In this document: positions 52,434 to 58,512 of the stretch, one piece after another
Numbering within the stretch: the first letter of the stretch is position 1
Layout: each line of letters opens with the position of its first letter
Source of the DNA: Xanthobacteraceae bacterium
GTDB lineage: Bacteria; Pseudomonadota; Alphaproteobacteria; Rhizobiales; Xanthobacteraceae
Reading direction: 5' to 3'
Length of the DNA: 58,512 nt
Assembly (NCBI GenBank): GCA_030037065.1
Contig: JASHRW010000099.1
Span: 1-58,512, forward strand
The notes under the pieces: generated by a model
What the model was told of the DNA's origin: nothing
Databases searched by the model: none
Seen by the model: only the letters and a program-made list of their open reading frames with translations
Position numbers and translations under genes: made by a program

Positions 52434-53918
52434 TCACCCTCTCGATCGCGCCATGAAGTTTTCCAGTGTGCTGTGTTGCGGCGGCGAAAACCACAAACCC
52501 AGTTTAGAGCGGCGCCACAGCACATCATCGGCGGTCTGCGCCCACTCTTTCTCCATCAGGTAGCGCACTTCGGCGGCGGTGAGGTTGGCGCCGAAGCGCT
52601 GACCGAGGTCATCGAGTCGGGCGGCATCCTGAAGCACGTTCTCGACGCGCGTGCCGTAAGCGCCAACGAGCCGCCGCGCATGCGCGTCGGTGAGGAACGG
52701 CCACCGCGCCAGTGTGCGCCGGATCAGCGCCTCAATACCATCATACGGGAAGTCGCCGCCGGGCAGTGGACTTGTTGCGCTCCAACGCCGCGAGGGCGGG
52801 AAAAAATGGGCTAGGCGGTCGACGACCTCTTCGGCGAGCCGCCGGTAGGTGGTAATCTTGCCGCCATAGACGGTAAGCAGCGGCGCCTCGCCGGATCGCT
52901 CGTCGAGAATAAGCGCGTATTCGCGTCCGATGTCTTGCGGCTTGCCGGCGCCGTCATCGTAGAGCGAACGCACGCCGGCATAGGCCCACACGGCGTCGGC
53001 GGCGCCGATCGAGGTGCGAAAATACTCATTCACCACTCCGCACAGATAATCGATCTCCTCAGCCGTGGGCGTCACGGCAGCTGGACTGCCGGAGAAGCTC
53101 CGGTCGGTGGTGCCGATGAGGGTGAAGTCGCGCTCGAAGGGGATGGCGAAGACGACGCGACGGTCGGCGGCTTGCAAAATATAGGCGCGGTCGTGATCGT
53201 AAAGTCTGCGCACCACGATATGGCTGCCTTGGTCGAGCCGCAGATGCGGCTGCGCCGGCCGCCGCAGGACGGATTCAGCGACGGTTTCGACCCAGGCGCC
53301 AGCCGCGTTGACCAGCACCCGCGCCGTTACGACGTCGCGCTTGCCGCGCGCATTGACGATAAGCTGCCAGATGTCGCCGCGCTCGGCGCGAGCGCAGCGC
53401 GTGCGCGTGCGGATCACCGCGCCGCGTTCGGCGGCATCCACCGCATTGAGCACGACGAGGCGGGCGTCGTCGGCGAAGCAATCGGAATATTCGTAGGCTT
53501 GTTGGAAAATGTCGCGCAGCGGATGGCCCGCCTCGTCATTCGACAGATCGAGTTCGCGGGTTCCCGGCAGAATTCTGCGCCGGCCCATCCAGTCGTAGAG
53601 CAGGAGACCGAGCCGCAGCAACAGAGCCGAGCGGCGCGCCGGATTGACCGGCAGCACGAAACGCAGCGGCCGAATGAGATGCGGCGCCGCGCGCAACAAC
53701 GTCTCGCGCTCGGCGAGCGCCGCTCGCACCAGGTGAAACTCGCGATGCTCGAGATAGCGCAGCCCGCCATGAATGAGCTTGGAGGAAGCCGACGAGGTGC
53801 CCGATGCAAGATCGTTTTGCTCGAACAGCACGACCCGCAGGCCGCGTCCGGCGGCGTCGCGCGCGATGCCGGTCCCATTGATGCCGCCGCCGATTACGGC
53901 CAGATCGAAGTCTGCCAC
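52434..53918 (-). CDS. glpD: FAD-dependent glycerol-3-phosphate dehydrogenase
   Basis: I chose GTG at 53918, preceded by AGGAG. DLAVIGGGINGTGIARDAAGRGLRVVLFEQNDLASGTSSASSKLIHGGLRYLE is present. Confidence 0.85.
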   Translation of the reverse strand: MADFDLAVIGGGINGTGIARDAAGRGLRVVLFEQNDLASGTSSASSKLIHGGLRYLEHREFHLVRAALAERETLLRAAPHLIRPLRFVLPVNPARRSALLLRLGLLLYDWMGRRRILPGTRELDLSNDEAGHPLRDIFQQAYEYSDCFADDARLVVLNAVDAAERGAVIRTRTRCARAERGDIWQLIVNARGKRDVVTARVLVNAAGAWVETVAESVLRRPAQPHLRLDQGSHIVVRRLYDHDRAYILQAADRRVVFAIPFERDFTLIGTTDRSFSGSPAAVTPTAEEIDYLCGVVNEYFRTSIGAADAVWAYAGVRSLYDDGAGKPQDIGREYALILDERSGEAPLLTVYGGKITTYRRLAEEVVDRLAHFFPPSRRWSATSPLPGGDFPYDGIEALIRRTLARWPFLTDAHARRLVGAYGTRVENVLQDAARLDDLGQRFGANLTAAEVRYLMEKEWAQTADDVLWRRSKLGLWFSPPQHSTLENFMARSRG

Positions 53919-54043
53919 TGATTCTCCTTTCAGGCGCAGAATATCGAATATTGTCTTTGCGCGCTCCCACCGCTGTCGTCGTCCGCCGTCGCGGTTCGTG
54001 ACAACATGCAGAAGATCGGCAATGATGCATGGAGGTGGTAGCA

Positions 54044-54739
54044 ATGGACTTCCGCGAGCAGCACGTCGTGGTCACTGGCGGTGCCGGAGCGCTTGGCGGC
54101 GCCGTTGTGGCGGCTTTGATCGCGGCAGGCGCGGTCTGTCACGTGCCGTGCTTTGACGAAGCCGAGGCACAACGTTTTCGGCTGCGCGGCCACAAGCAGG
54201 TCATACTCAGCATCAGCGGCAATCTTGCCGACGAAGCGGCGATCGCCAGGCTTTACGGCGGCATCGCGCCGCTGTGGGCGTCGATCCACATCGCCGGCGG
54301 CTTTGCCGCTGGGCCGCTGCGCGAGATCAGCATGGCGACGCTGCGGCAGCAGATCGACATGAATTTTGTTAGCTGCGCGCTGTGTTGTCGTGCTGCTGTG
54401 AACGCAATGGCAGGAGCCGGCGGCCGCATCGTCAACGTCGCCGCCCGCGCCGGGCTGGAATGGCGCAGTGGCGCGGGCATGGTCGCCTACACGGCAAGCA
54501 AGGCCGCGGTGGCGTCGCTCACCGTCGCCCTGGCCGAGGAAGTCGCCAAAGACGGCATCCTGGTCAATGCAGTCGCTCCGTCGATCATGGACACGCCGGC
54601 CAACCGCCAAGCCATGCCGAAGGCCGACTTCTCGCTGTGGCCGAAGGTGGAGGAGGTCGCCGCGACGATCGTGTTTCTCGCCTCGTCCGACAATCGAGTC
54701 ACCCGCGGTGCCGTGGTGCCGGTTTACGGAAAATCCTAA
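54044..54739 (+). CDS. SDR family oxidoreductase
   Basis: The motifs are VVVTGGAGALGGAVV (TGxxxGxG) and YTASKAAV (YxxxK). Confidence 0.85.
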   Translation: MDFREQHVVVTGGAGALGGAVVAALIAAGAVCHVPCFDEAEAQRFRLRGHKQVILSISGNLADEAAIARLYGGIAPLWASIHIAGGFAAGPLREISMATLRQQIDMNFVSCALCCRAAVNAMAGAGGRIVNVAARAGLEWRSGAGMVAYTASKAAVASLTVALAEEVAKDGILVNAVAPSIMDTPANRQAMPKADFSLWPKVEEVAATIVFLASSDNRVTRGAVVPVYGKS

Positions 54740-55191
54740 TATCCCAGCCACAATCCGGGCGTTGCCAGTTCCAGCAAGTGGCCGTCCGGGTCACGGAAGT
54801 AAATACTCGTCCCGCCGCGCGGCCATCGGGTGCGGCCTTCGATGATGATACCAGCATCGGCCAATTGCGTCTCCCAGGCGGCAAGGTCATCGGCGGCAAC
54901 AGAGAACGCAATGTGGACTGGGCCGCGCCCGTCATGCGGCGGAATCGTGCCGCCGGGCAGCGTCACGGTCACAAGCGAATGGCCGCTCAGGAACAGCAAC
55001 AGCACGCCGCGCGTGCCGACGTCATAAGCGCATAACCGCTGATCGCGATAGATGCTGTTGAGCCCAAGCACCTGTTCGTAGAACGGACAGGCGCGCTCGA
55101 ACGCGTCCACGTAGAGCACTGTCTCGAGTACGCCAAGGAGGTTGGGCATGGGCCACCAATCCGTCATGGCCGGGCTCGTCTGGCGGTCCAC
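54736..55191 (-). CDS. VOC (glyoxalase/bleomycin-resistance/dioxygenase) family protein
   Basis: LETVLYVDAFERACPFYEQVLGL ... HIAFSV ... IYFRDPDGHLLEL is present. The likely true start is ATG 55149. Confidence 0.75.
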   Translation of the reverse strand: MDRQTSPAMTDWWPMPNLLGVLETVLYVDAFERACPFYEQVLGLNSIYRDQRLCAYDVGTRGVLLLFLSGHSLVTVTLPGGTIPPHDGRGPVHIAFSVAADDLAAWETQLADAGIIIEGRTRWPRGGTSIYFRDPDGHLLELATPGLWLGY

Positions 55192-55251
55192 GTCTCTGCA
55201 AATCTCGCTAAAGCTAAGACGTGGATGCCCGCAACATGTGGGGGCATGACG

Positions 55252-56607
55252 TCAACCCGAGACCGGCACGATCTCGCGCACGGGCGAACGGACCAGTCGG
55301 CTCACGCTGTTTGCAGCGACGACGACGTGCTGCTGCGCATAGGCCTCGTGATTGCGTTCGATATAATCGAGGTCGTAGAGGTAATTGACCATCAGGCCGT
55401 GCGATTGGGCGAGTGCCCGCTCCGATGTGTCGCCGAGCCAATCAAGCCGTTCGAGCCGTGCGCCGTTGCCGAGGTGAAAACGGGCGACAGCATCGACCGG
55501 CAGGCCGCGACCGTTGCGTGCGCGCATGTAATACCAAGCGGCGGAGCGGAGCAGCGGTTCGCGCACGCTTTCGGCGATCTCCGGCGTTCGCCACCAATCC
55601 GGATTGTCCAGCGCGGCGAGCGCCGCGCGATCCTCATCGTCGAGTGCCAACGAGGCCTCTTGCGTGCGTTCGCGCTTGAGCCATTGGGCAAAATGCGGCG
55701 CCGGAGACAGTGTGACGAAGCTCGACACGCGCGGTACCTCGCGCGAAACCTCCTCGACCACTTGCTTGATCAGGAAGTGGCCGAAGCTGACGCCGTTAAG
55801 CCCGCGTTGGCAGTTGGTGATCGAGTAGAACGTCGCTGTCGTGGCGCGCTCCGGGTCGACGTGATCGCGCTTGTCGGCAAGAATCGGCGCAATCGCTCCC
55901 GGCACCTCGCGCGTCAGCGCGACTTCGACGAAAATCAGCGGATCATCGACTAAAGCTGGGTGGAAAAACGCGTAGCAGCGGCGGTCGGGCGGGTCGATGC
56001 GACGGCGCAGATCGTCCCAGTCGCGAATCTGATGCACCGCTTCGTAATGGATGATCTTGTCAAGGATCGCCGCCGAAGTCGACCAGTCGATGCGGCGCAG
56101 CACCAGAAAGCCGCGATTGAACCAGGACGAGAACAAGTGAACGAAGTCGCTGTCGATCGCGGCGAGATCGTCGCGGTGATCCATTGCGGCGAGCAATTGC
56201 TCGCGCATGCGCACCAGTGCGGCGGTGCCGCCGGGCGCGAGGTTGAGCCGGCGAAACAGTTCAAGCCGCCGCGGCTCGCTCGCCGCATTCAGCTCGGTCG
56301 CAGTTTCGGCGGTCGGCGACGCCCGCCACGCTGCGATCGCGGCGTCGATGCGGGTGCGATCATGGCCGAATGTGGTTTCGAGCGCCTCGAAGAAGGCGAT
56401 GCGCGGTCCGATCGTCAACGCGGCGTAGCGGGTGAGAATATCGCGTGCCAACGCCACTCCGGACGCCTCGCCGCGGCCCGACAGCAGCGCCTCGCATAAT
56501 TCGATGAGGCCGGCCGAGCGCTCGCGCGCCGGCTCGCGGCGCTGAATCAGGGAGCGGCCGCGGTCGGCGATGCTTTGCAGCATTTCGCTGAAAAAGCTCG
56601 AATTCAC
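55252..56607 (-). CDS. Malonyl-CoA decarboxylase
   Basis: FYSITNCQRGLNGVSFGHFLIKQV and the overall length of about 450 aa are characteristic of the MCD family. Confidence 0.85.
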   Translation of the reverse strand: MNSSFFSEMLQSIADRGRSLIQRREPARERSAGLIELCEALLSGRGEASGVALARDILTRYAALTIGPRIAFFEALETTFGHDRTRIDAAIAAWRASPTAETATELNAASEPRRLELFRRLNLAPGGTAALVRMREQLLAAMDHRDDLAAIDSDFVHLFSSWFNRGFLVLRRIDWSTSAAILDKIIHYEAVHQIRDWDDLRRRIDPPDRRCYAFFHPALVDDPLIFVEVALTREVPGAIAPILADKRDHVDPERATTATFYSITNCQRGLNGVSFGHFLIKQVVEEVSREVPRVSSFVTLSPAPHFAQWLKRERTQEASLALDDEDRAALAALDNPDWWRTPEIAESVREPLLRSAAWYYMRARNGRGLPVDAVARFHLGNGARLERLDWLGDTSERALAQSHGLMVNYLYDLDYIERNHEAYAQQHVVVAANSVSRLVRSPVREIVPVSG

Positions 56608-56809
56608 GGCTCATCACCCATCCGCTTGGCAGGCCTGTAGCTAGTGATGACCTCGCGCGATAGCAAGCCAAACCGGGTGCCAACCCTACTTTGCCGCCAC
56701 AGCAGCGTCAGCGCGCATAGTGGACAAAGCTCTACGCCTGGGCCAGTTAGGCCGGTGTGCGGTTTTGGTTATTTCATTTTGCATTGCCGCAATGCACGAG
56801 GGCTTACGC

Positions 56810-57982
56810 ATGCCGGGTCCGCTAGCTGGTTTACGTGTACTGGAGCTTGCCCGCATTCTGGCCGGGCCGTGGGCGGGGCAAATTCTTGCCGATCTCGGCG
56901 CTGACGTGATCAAGGTGGAACGCAAGAGCACCGGCGACGACACCCGCGCCTGGGGCCCGCCGTTCGTACCGGCCGCCGATGGCGGTCATTTGGCGTCGGC
57001 CTATTTTCATTGCACCAACCGTGGCAAGCGCTCGATTGAGCTTGATTTCGAGGCTGCCGAGGGCCAGCGCATCGTCAAGAAGCTTGCCTCCCGCTCCGAC
57101 GTACTGATCGAGAATTTCAAGGTCGGTGGCCTGAAAAAGTTCGGCCTCGACTACGCAAGTCTCGCACCGCTCTTTCCACGGCTGATCTATTGCTCGGTGA
57201 CCGGCTTCGGCCAGACCGGCCCTTATGCATCGCGGGCAGGTTACGATCTTATGGCCCAAGGCATGGGCGGCATCATGGCCATGACCGGCACCGCCGACGG
57301 ACCGCCGCTGCGCGTCGGCGTTCCGATCGCCGATATCTTCTCCGGCGTCTATTCCACGGTCGGGATTCTGGCGGCCTTGGCGCGGCGGGAAAAGACCGGC
57401 CGCGGCGGCTATGTCGACGCCGCTCTGGTCGATTCCACGGTCGGCACGCTGGCGTTCCAGGCGCTGAATTATCTGGTTTCCGGCGAGGTGCCCAAGCGGA
57501 TCGGCAACGCGCACCCGAATCTCGTCCCCTATCAGGAATTCCCGGTCGCCGACGGCCGTGTCATCATCGCTACGGGCAACGACGCGCAGTTCATCAAATT
57601 GTGCGGCCTTCTCGGGGCGCCCGAATTGGCCAAGGTGCCGGAATACAAGGACAACAAGGGACGGCTTGCACATCGCGCCGAACTGGTCGGCAAGCTTTGC
57701 GCGCTGACCTCGAAATTCAAGCGCGCGGAGCTTCTGGAAAAACTCGAAGCCGCCACCATTCCGGCTGGGCCGATCAACGATCTCGACCAGGTTTTCTCGG
57801 ATCCGCAGGTGATTCACCGCGGCATGAAGCTCGACCTGAAAAACCCCGCGGCCAAGGGCGGAACAAGTCCCGGCATCCGCACGCCGATCGTGCTCGACGG
57901 CGCGCCCATGGCTTCCGACCGCCCGGCGCCCCGTCTCGGCGAGCATACGGCAGAGATTTTACGGGAGATCGGCGAGGGCTGA
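56810..57982 (+). CDS. CaiB/BaiF family (class III) CoA-transferase
   Basis: I chose the internal ATG (MPGPLAGLRVLELARILAGPWAGQILADLGADVIKVE). It is about 390 aa. Confidence 0.85.
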   Translation: MPGPLAGLRVLELARILAGPWAGQILADLGADVIKVERKSTGDDTRAWGPPFVPAADGGHLASAYFHCTNRGKRSIELDFEAAEGQRIVKKLASRSDVLIENFKVGGLKKFGLDYASLAPLFPRLIYCSVTGFGQTGPYASRAGYDLMAQGMGGIMAMTGTADGPPLRVGVPIADIFSGVYSTVGILAALARREKTGRGGYVDAALVDSTVGTLAFQALNYLVSGEVPKRIGNAHPNLVPYQEFPVADGRVIIATGNDAQFIKLCGLLGAPELAKVPEYKDNKGRLAHRAELVGKLCALTSKFKRAELLEKLEAATIPAGPINDLDQVFSDPQVIHRGMKLDLKNPAAKGGTSPGIRTPIVLDGAPMASDRPAPRLGEHTAEILREIGEG

Positions 57983-58263
57983 CGCCGCTTGCACTGCCAT
58001 GACGGAGACACTGCCGAACGCGCCCTATCCGATGAAGGGCGTCAGCCCGTTCCTGCATATCGACGAGGACGCCCGCCCGCCGGCAATCTTTGCCACGCGC
58101 AACACGCTGCATTTCGCCGCCGGGCGGCAGCCGCGCTGTTGCCGGTTATTCAACCGCCTTGATTCAAGGACGAGCGGATGCATGGTCATAACCTCTCGGA
58201 TACGGCCGTAGGCGCGTCGTCGTCCGTCCGTTAAGCTTGCGCAACCCGCAGGTGGAGCGCGCA

Positions 58264-58512
58264 TTGCCTACGATCGCCTATTTCCTCGGAATTGCGGTAC
58301 GGATGTTCTTCAATGATCACGATCCGCAGCATTTTCACGTTCGCTACCAAGATTTCGTGCCCGCGTTCGGATTGCGGACGGTGGAATCATCGATGGGCGG
58401 CTACCACCGACGGTCGCGCGCGTGCCAAAGGAGTAGACCATCTTGCGGCGCGACGCGCTGATACGTAACTGGAACGCAGCGCGCACCGACGGCATGCTCG
58501 AACGTATCCCAG
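58264..58512 (+). pseudogene. Decayed DUF4160-family gene (one frameshift plus one in-frame TAG), running off the window
   Basis: Frame A reads (M)PTIAYFLGIAVRMFFNDHDPQHFHVRYQDF up to about 58357. The family-like continuation ARVRIADGGIIDGRLPPTVARVPKE is in another frame from 58359. It hits TAG at 58434-58436, where the family has Trp, then continues TILRRDALIRNWNAARTDGMLERIP. Confidence 0.65.

Noticed and set aside
57999-58211. A 70-aa ORF (MTETLPNAPYPMKGVSPFLHIDEDARPP...) after the CoA-transferase gene.
   Set aside because: Only the first roughly 35 residues look protein-like, vaguely like the start of a VOC/PhnB-type protein. The rest is Arg/Cys-rich noise. It is possibly a truncated remnant, consistent with the decayed DUF4160 gene next to it, but it is not supportable as a gene.
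1-58512. I scanned the whole window for CRISPR arrays, cas genes and restriction-modification genes. I also looked for toxin-antitoxin pairs, retron or DGR reverse transcriptases, other known defence modules, and insertion sequences or prophage genes.
   Set aside because: There is no regularly spaced direct-repeat array. I saw no nuclease, helicase, methylase or reverse-transcriptase signatures, and no transposase or integrase. The only small-cassette-type gene is the decayed DUF4160 fragment at the right edge.

Overview
GC-rich chromosomal window that looks alpha-proteobacterial (Bradyrhizobiaceae/Nitrobacteraceae-like). The lineage call rests on nested-palindrome REP-type repeats, Bug-family binding proteins and a tRNA-His without an encoded G-1. 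I call about 50 protein genes, one tRNA and one decayed gene. I saw no rRNA, CRISPR array, transposase, integrase, phage gene or recognisable defence system. The left end (1-8 kb) is housekeeping or efflux: glnD 3' part, a TetR gene with an EmrAB-like pump, and a class A PBP. The right end (39.5-58.5 kb) is mixed core functions: GNAT plus metallophosphoesterase, tRNA-His, phasin, a soluble PAS histidine kinase, AsmA, a Pot-type ABC importer, two receiver-only regulators, glpD, SDR, VOC, malonyl-CoA decarboxylase and a CaiB-type CoA-transferase. The centre (about 8-39.5 kb) is an accessory-looking catabolic region. It carries three mutually divergent UbiD-family decarboxylases served by a single UbiX. 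Alongside sit a CoxMSL-like three-subunit molybdenum hydroxylase, a bicupin, a DUF2390 protein, a PcaC-like decarboxylase and a CopD-like membrane protein. It also has a ThDP enzyme, an IorA-type 2Fe-2S protein about 12 kb from an IorB-type subunit, an adenylating CoA ligase, a crotonase, a MarR regulator and a DUF5996 protein. Many solute-binding proteins are present. My best candidate for an undescribed system is this prFMN-decarboxylase/Mo-hydroxylase island, especially the tightly coupled operon at 12858-21561. Its substrate cannot be read from the sequence. All functional calls come from motif recognition by eye; no database search was run.
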